From the NCBI GenBank assembly GCA_965235115.1, contig OZ249440.1, forward strand, positions 7,068,001 through 7,132,000: a DNA stretch of 64,000 nt, given 5' to 3'. Positions 13,307 through 25,118 of the stretch are shown piece by piece. The notes beneath the pieces were generated by a model. The model worked only from the letters and a program-made list of their open reading frames with translations. It was not told where the DNA came from and did not search any database. Within the stretch, counting starts at the first letter, position 1; each line of letters starts with the position of its first letter. Source of the DNA: Laetmonice hystrix (lineage: Eukaryota). Made by a program: the position numbers and the translations under genes.

Positions 13307-14254
13307 CTATAAATGGTCTCTGGATGGGGTACCTGGTGACGACATAAGTTGGACGTTATGAAACTGATTGACCTGATTGTGCCCTGATAACAGTGGCGAC
13401 GTGGACGATGCTGGTTTTGTCGTCAGGTTAATTTGTGCAATGGTAAGAGCTGGCGGAGAGTGAGAGTCTGAGCGGTCTGTGACGTAGGCATCAGCGTGAT
13501 CTGTGACGTAAGCATCGGTTTTGCTGACGTCAGCACATGTAAGTTTGTTGCCAGGGTGGTGTTGCTCGAGGCGGGGGTGTTGGTAATGATGTTGTGGCTG
13601 CTGCTGTTGCTGAAGCTGATGCAGTTGGGGCTGGGAAAAAAATCTTGCCTGATCGTTTGGATCGGGACTGATTGTCTGAAGTGGTGAACCTGCAGACAGA
13701 GTATGTGTTGAGGGAGGTGAAGAATCTTGCCCGTGGGACGTCGGCGTCAGGGCGATGGGACTACGGTTGTTTGGGGACGCCGAAAGTTTGTTCATTGGAC
13801 TGCCGTTGTGCGGACTTCCGGCGGTAACGTGCTGCAGCTCCGATATTTCCATCTCGGTGGGCGGATTGATATCGTCCCGCTCGCCGGAACTATTTTCACT
13901 GGTCTCTCCGTCACTAACGCCACTGTTGCTGCCTGCCGAGGATCCCCTTCCGCTTGAGTTGCTCTCGGCGCAGACGCTGACCGGGTCTAGTCGGCTGGGA
14001 TCGGCCTTCGGATTGGACTCCGCCTGACTGGTCTCAGGAGGACTTGGGTCGGAATGGTCGGCGGGTCGCTTCTCTGTCAAGTCTTTGAGAGAATTAGCGG
14101 CCGTTTTGGATGGAGAGGCAGTGATGGGCTGATTGTGTTGTTTGCCCTGGTCACCATGCCGCTGTCCACCAACCTTATGCTCGGCTGCCTCAGCGTTACT
14201 TATGTTCTCTTGTTTCTTCCACTTGGTGCGCCGGTTCTGAAACCAGATCTTCAC
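13307..14254 (-). CDS. NK7: NK7 homeobox gene, coding exon 3 (helix 3 VKIWFQNRRTKWKKQE, ENISNAEAAEHK motif, long Ser/Pro/Gln/His-rich tail, TAG stop)
   Basis: Acceptor tttctctgatttatttcag|GTG at 14255/14254, phase 0, completes the homeodomain begun in exon 2. The frame is open to TAG at 13307-13309. Confidence 0.95.
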   Translation of the reverse strand: MKIWFQNRRTKWKKQENISNAEAAEHKVGGQRHGDQGKQHNQPITASPSKTAANSLKDLTEKRPADHSDPSPPETSQAESNPKADPSRLDPVSVCAESNSSGRGSSAGSNSGVSDGETSENSSGERDDINPPTEMEISELQHVTAGSPHNGSPMNKLSASPNNRSPIALTPTSHGQDSSPPSTHTLSAGSPLQTISPDPNDQARFFSQPQLHQLQQQQQPQHHYQHPRLEQHHPGNKLTCADVSKTDAYVTDHADAYVTDRSDSHSPPALTIAQINLTTKPASSTSPLLSGHNQVNQFHNVQLMSSPGTPSRDHL

Positions 14255-16088
14255 CTGAAATAAATCAGAGAAACAACACACCATGTCAGTGTCCCGGCTA
14301 ATCACATCTGAACACAGGAAACATGCGCCTGGGTTTGTATACAGACTATTGACGGACCTAGAGTCTGGGCCAGGCCGGGAGGGGGGGGGGGGGGGTAGGG
14401 TAGCCGACAGCAGTCGACCAGTTAGCTCAGGAGTCAAGTTGACGGCTACCGGCTCGGATTCATCACGGAACGGAACGGAACGGAACGAGAACGCTCGAGA
14501 CGGAAAGAGTTTTAAAGTGAATATCTCCTCGTTCAGTACGATATAAAGTGTCACGTGTTTAACTCTCAGGAAAGGTCTATTTTCCCGGGGACAGACTGCG
14601 CTACACTGTACACCATTCATTTGAGAGCGTTTCTCGGTTTTATTGTCACGCTGAGAGGACTGGCGAGTAATCCACAGAGAAGTGTTCAATAGATAAAATA
14701 AATAAAAAATAAAAAAACTTAAAAATAAAAACATTGAAGTGTATGAGGGCACTAAGAGGCTTCCTAATAAAACTAGTAAACCATTTATAAAAGGTACTTT
14801 TATAATCGGGTAAACTTTTCACAAAATACTTTCGTCGCGGCTTTATCTGGAGTCGGTCCACAAAGAACAGTTAGCGTCGGGTAAGTTGAGATTAACGGCG
14901 CGCCATCACGTGCATGGGGAGGACCCCAGACAAACCCGGTCATTGACAGTCACCCCACCACCCCATCCCGACTACAGGGATACATGGGCCACGCTGGGGG
15001 TCGGCAATGGACACGAAACATTTCATTTAAACAACAATACTATTCTTGCAATCATTCAAAACGCGCCTAAATCTTGACAGTTTGAAGAAGGAATTCGGAA
15101 TCGGGTTAAAGTTTCTGGAGAAATCTTTTAAAAAGAAGAAGGCGAGGAGAGGAGTGCCGCCGCTGCCATGACGACGGGAGTATGATGGATGGGCCGATAT
15201 GTTATCGGTTGGTATAAAGATCTGTTATCGGGAGATGAGGTCAGCGGCCCGGAGCACCGACTCCCGGCCACATGGTAACGTCATTATACACTTGTTGCGC
15301 GTTGTCAATTGTCGGAGCACAAAGACATTCTCCGAAAATAACGTCGATTCACAATCTGGGGAGGTAAAAACCAAATAGAGCAGAAAAACACAAGGGAAGC
15401 GACGTTATGCTTGGTGTCTCTCACTGGTAGAGTCGTTTACAGCGCGCTCCCTTTCTCCACATTGAAGTGTTTTTGTTTCTCTCTCCTCACACAACAATCG
15501 CGTGTCTCGATTAAAGCCGGACGGATACACAGATTGGTTGAATGTCCAGGGGAGAGTTAACGGAGGCAGATTAAGGAGACTGACAGAAAATGACACACAC
15601 ACGCACTGACAACAACCAGGACCGGGGCCTGCTGGTAATTTATTTCAATTTGGACGCGTACTCCGGTATGGGGCAAAGGGGTGTGTATTTCGACAGGGCG
15701 GTTCAAGGGTCGGGCCCCTGATAAAGAGGCCAGGCCACCGGGAAGACGGCCAATTATGGAGTCGGTCGGGGGTGAGCGGGCTCGGCGGGGGATCAGTCCG
15801 ATAAGGGACACGGGAGCCGGCCTATGTCGGCCGGGCGGCCGGTGTCGGGGGCCAGGAGGCCGTGTGGGGCCGGATCAGGTTCGGGTTGGCTCATCCCGCC
15901 GCCCGCCGGCTCATGGACCACGTCGGGACGGATACGGTAACTGTAAAGGTCTTCATTCCAATAGGTGATAGATGGTGGAGTCAAACAGGAGTTCGGGAGA
16001 GAGTGAATACGATACAGTACTGGGCCAGGTTAGGGGACAGAATATGGTAACAGAGGAAGGGAGCATGAGAGTCGATAGTCGGAAAATA

Positions 16089-16219
16089 NNNNNNNNNNNN
16101 NNNNNNNNNNNNNNNNNNNNNNNNNNNNNNNNNNNNNNNNNNNNNNNNNNNNNNNNNNNNNNNNNNNNNNNNNNNNNNNNNNNNNNNNNNNNNNNNNNNN
16201 NNNNNNNNNNNNNNNNNNN
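16089..16219. other. Assembly gap in NK7 intron 2
   Basis: Run of N. Confidence 1.
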
Positions 16220-16245
16220 CAAAATAACAAATATTTCCGGAATAT

Positions 16246-16455
16246 AGTGCTGAACCCACCAAGGCGATTCCCCTTGCGACGGCCATGCGATTTTTGATTT
16301 AATGGTGGAATTTCACTCTGAAATTTTTCCTGGCTGGCCTTCTCCGTTTCAGGAAATGGGTTCCATCCTTTAATCTCAAAATTACAGTAAAATAAAAGGG
16401 TGATGTCAAAATCGCATGGGCGTCGCAAGGGAATCGCCTTGGTGGGTTCAGCACT
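16246..16455. mobile_element. MITE, ~49-bp TIRs, AG...CT termini, TTAA on the right flank (Kolobok-like)
   Basis: agtgctgaacccaccaaggcgattccc(c)ttgcgacg(g/c)ccatgcgatttt occurs in inverted orientation at both ends. Right flank TTAA at 16456-16459; left flank is degenerate (ATAT). Confidence 0.8.
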
Positions 16456-16565
16456 TTAATCAGTCGTCAGATCTTTCATCATAATGATGACAGATACTGA
16501 TACAATGATACTAAGATGATAATTATTGGTGTTTGTATATGGAGAAAACTTGAGTCTTTACTCAC

Positions 16566-16837
16566 CTGTGTCTCGGTCACGTTAAGCAGAGTGGCCATCT
16601 CTGCTCGTTCACTGGAAGACAGGTACTTCTTCTGTTCAAACTGTTTCTCCAGCTCAAATATCTGTCGTCCAGTAAACGTCGTGCGCGCCTTCTTCCGTTT
16701 CTTGTCTCCATCCTTGTCGCTGTCACTCATCGCACCACTTCCGCTATCCTTCACTTCCTTACCGTCCTTCCGGTTGACCTGTGACCTCTCCTCTCCGCTC
16801 GGACTTCGCTTTCTTTTCTTTCCCTTCACGTCTTTAT
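16566..16837 (-). CDS. NK7: NK7 homeobox gene, coding exon 2 (basic NLS-like KKRKR plus homeodomain residues 1-44)
   Basis: Acceptor ttttattttattcccacag|AT at 16838/16837 and donor CAG|GTGAGT at 16566/16565. Encodes [44 protein letters not shown], which I recognise as the NK7-type homeodomain rather than NK1 or NK6. Confidence 0.95.
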
Positions 16838-16881
16838 CTGTGGGAATAAAATAAAATCAGTAAAATCTACATAATACGACG

Positions 16882-17801
16882 ACATTGTAAACGTTTGGTC
16901 ATGATTGGGTTGGGTTGGATTCCTGGGACAAGGACAATCTGGGACGACACATTGTAAACGTTTGGTCATGATTGGGTTGGGTTGGATTCCTGGGACAAGG
17001 ACAATCTGGGACGACACATTGTAAACGTTTGGTCATGATTGGGTTGGGTTGGATTCCTGGGACAAGGACAATCTGGGACGACACATTGTAAACGTTTGGT
17101 CATGATTGGGTTCATGGCATACATAGCAATAGATTCCTGGGACAAGGACAATCTGGGACGACACATTGTAAACGTTTGGTCATGATTGGGTTCATGGCAT
17201 ACATAGCAATAGATTCCTGGGACGAGGACAATCAGGGACGACACATTGTAAACGTTTGGTCATGATTGGGTCCATGGCATACATAGGAATAGATTCCTGG
17301 GACGGGGACAATCTGGGACGACACATTGTAAACGTTTGGTCATGATTGGGTTCATGGCATACATAGCAATAGATTCCTGGGACGGGGACAATCTGGGACG
17401 ACACATTGTAAACGTTTGGTCATGATTGGGTTCATGGCATACATAGCAATAGATTCCTGGGACGGGGACAAACTGGGACGACACATTGTAAACGTTTGGT
17501 CATGATTGGGTTCATGGCATACATAGCAATAGATTCCTGGGACGGGGACAATCTCGGACGACACATTGTAAACGTTTGGTCATGATTGGGTTCATGGCAT
17601 ACATAGGAATAGATTCCTGGGACGGGGACAATCTGGGACGACACATTGTAAACGTTTGGTCATGATTGGGTTCATGGCATACATAACAATAGATTCCTGG
17701 GACGGGGACAATCTGGGACGACACATTGTAAACGTTTGGTGATGATTGGGTTCATGGCATACATAGGAATAGATTCCTGGGACGAGGACAATCTGGGACG
17801 A
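16882..17801. repeat. Composite minisatellite: 3 x 67-bp then ~9 x 80-bp related units
   Basis: Shared core acattgtaaacgtttggtcatgattgggtt...gattcctgggac(a/g)aggacaatctgggacgac with alternative middle segments. Confidence 0.95.
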
Positions 17802-18064
17802 AGAAAGTCGGACATGACCAAATATCCTTCCACAAACGTACCTCTATTGGTGGCTGTGGGACATACTTTTTCTAAGATCTCCTTAGAAGGAAACGCAATG
17901 TGTTGTAAATCAATGTCAGGGCGCGTGGATGTAGATGGACATGCATGCATACACAATACATATGGAGCCTATGTATATACCGCGAAGTGTTTTCATATAA
18001 ATGTGCATGTCATGTACTTTTTACACAATAGAGAGCTAACGTTCACAAACAAGACTGACCTTTC

Positions 18065-18984
18065 TGTCTGTATGAGGTTTTACTGACTAATCGAATGGAG
18101 AAGCTATGTCTGTGTGAGGTTTTACTGACTAATCGAATGGGGAAGCTATGTCTGTGTGAGGTTTTACTGACTAATCGAATGGAGAAGCTATGTCTGTGTG
18201 AGGTTTTACTGACTAATCGAATGGAGAAGCTATGTCTGTGTGAGGTTTTACTAATCGAATGGGGAAGCTATGTCTGTATGAGGTTTTACTGACTAATCGA
18301 ATGGAGAAGCTATGTCTGTGTGAGGTTTTACTGACTAATCGAATGGGGAAGCTATGTCTGTGTGAGGTTTTACTGACTAATCGAATGGAGAAGCTATGTC
18401 TGTGTGAGGTTTTACTGACTAATCGAATGGAGAAGCTATGTCTGTGTGATGTTTTACTAATCGAATGGGGAAGCTATGTCTGTGTGAGGTTTTACTGACT
18501 AATCAAATGGGGAAGCTATGTCTGTGTGAGGTTTTACTAATCGAATGGAGAAGCTATGTCTGTGTGAGGTTTTACTAATCGAATGGAGAAGCTATGTCTG
18601 TGTGAGGTTTTACTAATCGAATAGGGAAGCTATGTCTGTGTGAGGTTTTACTAATCGAATGGAGAAGCTATGTCTGTGTGAGGTTTTACTAATCGAATGG
18701 GGAAGCTATGTCTGTGTGAGGTTTTACTGACTAATCGAATGGGGAAGCTCTGTCTGTGTGAGGTTTTAATCGAAGGGGGAAGCTATGTCTGTGTGAGGTT
18801 GTACTGACTAATCGAATGGGGAAGCTATGTCTGTGTGAGGTTGTACTAATCGAATGGGGAAGCTATGTCTGTGTGAGGTTTTACTGACTAATCAAATGGG
18901 GAAGCTATGTATGTGTGAGGTTTTACTAATCGAATGGAGAAGCTATGTCTGTGTGAGGTTTTACTAATCGAATAGGGAAGCTAT
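18065..18984. repeat. Minisatellite, 42/38-bp units, ~23 copies
   Basis: Unit tgtctgtgtgaggttttact(gact)aatcgaatgg(a/g)gaagcta. Confidence 0.95.
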
Positions 18985-19328
18985 ATGTTGCTGGGGTGAG
19001 CTCAGATCAGATAGAATATTACGAATGGTAAACGGTAGGAGGTGAGGTAGGGAGGGGCGAGGGGAGCCTCAGAGTCTGTTCTACCCGAGACGTCGTCCAG
19101 GTAATCCTACAGGTGAGTGTTCTACGTGTATGTCGTCCATGTATTGTCTCGTAAGCTATTATTACATTGTTCCCTCCATGTTGCCAACAAGATAATTTTT
19201 TTATATACCAGGATGTTAAAGGACAAATGCCTTTAGTCACGAAAGGATTGGACTGTAATTGAAAAGTTGATACAAAACTGATCAATTTCAGAATTTTCTG
19301 ATAGTTTCACATGACTTTGTCAGGCCCG

Positions 19329-19420
19329 TAATTTCCATCAAATTATTGAGGGGGCTAGATAATTTCCATCAAATTATTAAGGGGGCTAGATAATTTCCGT
19401 TGAATTATTGAGGGGGCTAG
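19329..19420. repeat. Three 31-bp direct repeats (taatttccatcaaattattgagggggctaga), probable interspersed-repeat remnant
   Basis: Directly visible; followed by ccccctagcccc and a C-run at 19474-19495. Confidence 0.7.
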
Positions 19421-20305
19421 GCCCCTAGTAAAATAGGCTAATTATTAGGCACCACCGAAAATATGGCCTTAATCCCCCTAGCCCCCCCCCCCCCCGCCGG
19501 AACTATATCCTGCATGTAATGACAAAGTCCTGATACCGAGTAAGGTTGCGTGTCCGGTATAGCTTGCCGTACATGAAGGATGGAGTCTCAATGAGTCAAC
19601 ATGACCTTACCATTCACCAGCACTGAGTGGTTTGATATTTACACCATATACTATAGTATTACTGTAATAGTCGTCCACTGGCCTTTGTTCATGTCATACT
19701 TGTGTATATATACGACCTTCAAGGTCAGGATTGTGGCTGCATGCGTTGGCAAACATCAATAAAGTACATTTATAACATCAGATTTGTCCGCAACTCGGCG
19801 TCCCTGAAATAAAGGCCGAACGCCATGAAATCTGAAGAGACTGAACTGAAGTCAAGTTGCAGGGGGACGTTTTATCAGAAGACCTGGGAAATGAACATGC
19901 TAATCGAAGTGATCAGAAATATGACTAAATTGCACTTTTATTAGTTCTTTTTATTAATCTCATCTGATATGGACCAATAAAGAAATAAGGGTCAGGAAAC
20001 GAAACGCCGATTTCGTGATGTGAGGACAGAAACAACGCCTTTCATCTCGGTACAGATTGCCACTTTGTTCGTGTATTCATTACTCGTATTATCATTTTCT
20101 TATTACATGCCTTACCAGCATTGTTCATGTTGGTTGAGTTTTTAAAATCATCTTTTTCATCCGGATCATGGCTGGGGTGGCAGTACACAGAGATCTCCAG
20201 AGTTATAGATTGTGTCATGGACCTTAGACAAACGAACGATCCGTGTACCATGGAACAGCGAACACACAGGTGTATAAGGGAAGGTTACACGTAACGTAAC
20301 GTGAT

Positions 20306-20744
20306 ACATACCCCGGGATCCGGCGTCTAAACGACCGGGGGACCCCCCCCCCCCCGCCGTACATACCCCGGGACCCGGCGTGTAAACGACCGGGGGATCC
20401 CCCCCCGCCGTACATAACCCGGGGGCCCGGCGTCTAAACGACCGGGGGATCTCTACCCCCCCCCCCCCCGCCGTACATACCCCGGGACCCGGCGTGTAAA
20501 CGACCGGGGGATCTCCCCCCCCCGCCGTACATAACCCGGGGGCCCGGCGTCTAAACGACCGGGGGATCTCTACCCCCCCCCCCCCCCCCGCCGTACATAC
20601 CCCGGGACCCGGCGTGTAAACGACCGGGGGATCTCCCCCCCCCCCCCCGCCGTACATAACCCGGGGGCCCGGCGTCTAAACGACCGGGGGATCTCTACCC
20701 CCCCCCCCCCGCCGTACATACCCCGGGACCCGGCGTGTAAACGG
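20306..20744. repeat. GC-rich minisatellite, 8 units of ~50-60 bp with variable poly-C, alternating subtypes
   Basis: Units alternate ggcgtctaaacg and ggcgtgtaaacg. Confidence 0.9.
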
Positions 20745-21411
20745 CCCCCGCCTTACACCCGCAACCAGTCGTGTACAATCGTCCCCGTAACATCGACAGT
20801 CAGCAAACATACGGACGTCCTTCCCATATCGGCTACCCTCCGTCGTCAGGGCGTTTAGCTGGTTGTTTCCCAAACAGTATCTACTAATCATGTTATTTAT
20901 TACGATAGACAAACTGCTTGCTACAATTACACTATCCGGCATTGATGTGTATAGGCGGTGAGGAAGGAAATATTCAGTCTTTAACACGCACAGTGTACAA
21001 TAGGTGGGAGTGTGCCCTGCCTCATACAAACGGGCCCGGGTTAGTTGAAGTGGACTGTAGCGCCAGATCAAATTAAATAGCGTCAGCTAAACGGTGGCGG
21101 CGGCGGCGGTGATTCATCCACGCTCGGCGTGTGTAATTAGATTTTAAGTGAACCACCAATGACGCCACTCCAAGATAATGTGTTCAAGGGAACAAAATGA
21201 GAATGGGCGATAAACTCATATATGAGCTTATAACTTCAAACTTAGCTCTAAATGAAGTGAATGCCTTCTCTAGGTTGGAGGCTGGTGGGGGTGGGGTGAC
21301 GGGGTGAGGGGGTGAGGGGGGGGGGGTGAAATGAAGGAAAGAATCCTACCCGAGACAAGAACAATACGTGATATAAATGTTTGCAGACATTGGCTGTACG
21401 TAGCCGGGAGG

Positions 21412-23453
21412 AAGGTTAGAGTGAGAAAGGCTGGGCCGATCGCTGTGGTCAATCCTCCACCATTGTAAGGTTAGAGTGGGGAAGGGTTGCCCGATCGCTG
21501 TGGTCAATCCTCCACCATTGTAAGGTTAGAGTGGGGAAGGGTGGGCCGATCGCTGTGGTCAATCCTCCACCATTGTAAGGTTAGAGTGGGGAAGGGTGGG
21601 CCGATCGCTGTGGTCAATCCTCCACCATTGTAAGGTTAGAGTGGGGAAGGGTGGGCCGATCGCTGTGATCAATCCTCCACCATTGTAAGGTTAGAGTGGG
21701 GAAGGGTGGGCCGATCGCTATGGTCAATCCTCCACCATTGTAAGGTTAGAGTGAGGAAGGGTGGGCCGATCGCTGTGGTCAATCCTCCACCATTGTAAGG
21801 TTAGAGTGGGGAAGGGTGGGCCGATCGCTGTGATCAATCCTCCACCGTTGTAAGGTTAGAGTGGGGAAGGGTGGGCCGATCGCTGTGGTCAATCCTCCAC
21901 CGTTGTAAGGTTAGAGTGGGGAAGGGTGGGCCGATCGCTGTGATCAATCCTCCACCGTTGTAAGGTTAGAGTGGGGAAGGGTGGGCCGATCGCTGTGGTC
22001 AATCCTCCACCATTGTAAGGTTAGAGTGGGGAAGGGTGGGCCGATCGCTGTGGTCAATCCTGCACCATTGTAAGGTTAGAGTGGGGAAGGGTGGGCCGAT
22101 CGCTGTGGTCAATCCTCCACCATTGTAAGGTTAGAGTGGGGAAGGCTGGGCCGATCGCTGTGGTCAATCCTCCACCATTGTAAGGTTAGAGTGGGGAAGG
22201 ATGGCCCGATCGCTGTGGTCAATCCTCCACCATTGTAAGGTTAGAGTGGGGAAGGGTGGGCCGATCGCTGTGATCAATCCTCCACCATTGTAAGGTTAGA
22301 GTGGGGAAGGGTGGGCCGATCGCTATGGTCAATCCTCCACCATTGTAAGGTTAGAGTGGGGAAGGGTGGCCCGATCGCTGTGGTCAATCCTCCACCATTG
22401 TAAGGTTAGAGTGGGGAAGGGTGGCCCGATCGCTGTGGTCAATCCTCCACCATTGTAAGGTTAGAGTGGGGAAGGCTGGGCCGATCGCTGTGGTCAATCC
22501 TCCACCATTGTAAGGTTAGAGTGAGGAAGGCTGGGCCGATCGCTGTGGTCAATCCTCCACCATTGTAAGGTTAGAGTGGGGAAGGGTGGCCCGATCGCTG
22601 TGGTCAATCCTCCACCATTGTAAGGTTAGAGTGAGGAAGGGTGGGCCGATCGCTGTGGTCAATCCTCCACCATTGTAAGGTTAGAGTGAGGAAGGGTGGG
22701 CCGATCGCTGTGGTCAATCCTCCACCATTGTAAGGTTAGAGTGGGGAAGGCTGGGCCGATCGCTGTGGTCAATCCTCCACCATTGTAAGGTTAGAGTGAG
22801 GAAGGGTGGGCCGATCGCTGTGGTCAATCCTCCACCATTGTAAGGTTAGAGTGGGGAAGGGTGGCCCGATCGCTGTGGTCAATCCCCCACCATTGTAAGG
22901 TTAGAGTGAGGAAGGGTGGGCCGATCGCTGTGGTCAATCCTCCACCATTGTAAGGTTAGAGTGGGGAAGGGTGGCCCGATCGCTGTGGTCAATCCTCCAC
23001 CATTGTAAGGTTAGAGTGGGGAAGGGTGGCCCGATCGCTGTGGTCAATCCTCCACCATTGTAAGGTTAGAGTGGGGAAGGGTGGCCCGATCGCTGTGGTC
23101 AATCCTCCACCATTGTAAGGTTAGAGTGAGGAAGGGTGGGCCGATCGCTATGGTCAATCCTCCACCATTGTAAGGTTAGAGTGAGGAAGGGTGGGCCGAT
23201 CGTTGTGGTCAATCCTCCACCATTGTAAGGTTAGAGTGAGGAAGGGTGGGCCGATCGCTATGGTCAATCCTCCACCATTGTAAGGTTAGAGTGAGGAAGG
23301 GTGGGCCGATCGTTGTGGTCAATCCTCCACCATTGTAAGGTTAGAGTGGGGAAGGGTGGGCCGATCGCTGTGGTCAATCCTCCACTCCTCCACCATTGTA
23401 AGGTTAGAGTGAGGAAGGGTGGGCCGATCGTTGTGGTCAATCCTCCACCATTG
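21412..23453. repeat. Minisatellite, 55-bp unit, ~37 copies
   Basis: Unit aaggttagagtggggaagggtgggccgatcgctgtggtcaatcctccaccattgt. Confidence 0.97.
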
Positions 23454-23954
23454 GAAGAGAGCGGTCATATCTGACAAACCGGTCTGAGCAAGGGTATCCA
23501 GATGACAAGTTCTTGTACGGATTATGAGGGTTCTCAGGAGGAGATGGATGAATAGTGTCCAACCCGACTGACTTGTAAGGCGAAGTATTCAACAAATAAG
23601 GTGAAAGACAGTTCGGCATCGAATTTCTTGTTCCCCAGGGAAATATGTAAGTAAAATAATTATCACGTGTAAATTGCTAACTTTTCTACTTATAACTTAC
23701 TGTCACCGAGTTACGGATCCAGTATGAATACGGTTTGTATCTCCACGAACGACAGCTCTACAATGGCTCTGTCAGTGTGTCTCATACCTTTATGGGGGCA
23801 GCTTCCCTTCTTACAGCACGAACTGATCAAGTGAGAAACTCGCAAAGTTACCCTGAGTCACCAACGTCTACTGAGTACCTGAGGTCATTGCCGTACACAT
23901 TCAACCTACAATGTTATAGTCAGGAATGAGAGAACGAGAGGCAGAGAGAGAGCT

Positions 23955-23955
<1 letters not shown>

Positions 23956-24012
<57 letters not shown>
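23956..24012. repeat. (CAG)19 microsatellite in intron 1
   Basis: Pure tract. Confidence 0.97.
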
Positions 24013-24015
<3 letters not shown>

Positions 24016-25118
24016 GACCTATAGCACAGCTTAGGTAGTTGCGCTTTGTCTCTCTCCCGAACTGATACCATAACGACCGAGAAGAAATAAGATGTATTAT
24101 TTCCAGGTTATAACAACCAGGCGTGATGACTGCCCAGACCGACTACACGCCTATTGGAAGGTGTTCCCACAAGTAGCGGGATACGGTTAGTCTCTTGCTG
24201 TCTGCTCGCTACCGGTCGATGTCCTTCATACACGGTCTACGTATCGAGTATCAACTCCTCGTCAATATTACAGGTTTTAACCTGAGTCACTTGATCCTGT
24301 GTTAGAGGCGACCATCAGACTGAGCATATACTGCTTAAAGGGACACTGTATAATACACATTGTGTGTGCTATCCCAGCATCCAATCTGTGGTCCAATTAC
24401 AAGCGTGCAATTATGATACGTATACATGGGACGTATAGCAAGAACACCTTCACTTCCGTTACGTCCTCTGCGTTCATTATTGACAGCACACGTGGGACAG
24501 GTGTTTACTGTCTGCTGAACGAGATTTAGAATCACTTTAGGACCGGTCAGTTTCTGGAAGTCATTTCTTACAGGCAAGTTGTATCAATAGCGACGAGAGG
24601 CGGCACATTTACGTAATATGTCAAAAGGATAGGTTTATTGACCTACAACTTTTCTTTAGAAAGTTTGCGTATCTGTGATCTAATGAAATCAATGTTGAAC
24701 TGTCCTCTGGTAATGTAGAGATAGATAGATACCTGTATATAAATCGTGTGAACTTCTAATAGAGATTTTATACATTGGTTACGTGATGTTCGCTCGGCAT
24801 GGCGTATTTTCAGTATACGGTTACAATATAAAACTCATGGTCAAGTCTAATCAAGACATTTCAAGGCGGGACCAAACACCGTCAAGGCCGCCAACAAGAA
24901 AAGCTAAGTAGTATACTTTAAGTCTTTGTGTTGATGTATTTGAAGGTGTATCGCGTGCCTACAATACGACAATACGACGTATTCAAGTCTTATTGTAAGG
25001 ATATGCACGCCACCATTCTTATATATAAAACTGACGAGGCAATAGAACCTAGACTAAGAGTCCGATAATAAGATAAAGAGAAAGACAAACCCAGTCATGT
25101 CAGCCGAGCTGTAAGCGT

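Larger units (their letters stand above)
14255..16565 (-). other. NK7 intron 2 (2.3 kb, phase 0; contains a gap and a MITE)
   Basis: GTGAGT...TTTCAG boundaries between the homeodomain halves. Confidence 0.93.
14207..16697 (-). other. NK7: Split homeobox (16697-16566 plus 14254-14207), Q50/T54 NK-class homeodomain
   Basis: 60 codons with the invariant R5, F8, L16, F20, Y25, L26, R31, W48, F49, N51 and R53. The intron lies between Q44 and V45, a position common in ANTP-class homeoboxes. Confidence 0.95.

Noticed and set aside
13307-14752. 481-aa ORF as an intronless gene
   Set aside because: Only 14254-13307 is exon. The N-terminal ~166 codons are intron 2 sequence upstream of a canonical acceptor, and the ORF alone holds only helix 3 of the homeodomain.
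14207-16697. Assignment to NK1/slouch, NK6 or Hmx
   Set aside because: It shares the TETQVKIWFQNRRTKWKK end with NK1, but the N-terminal arm and helix 1 ([25 protein letters not shown]) and the NISNAEAAE extension fit NK7.
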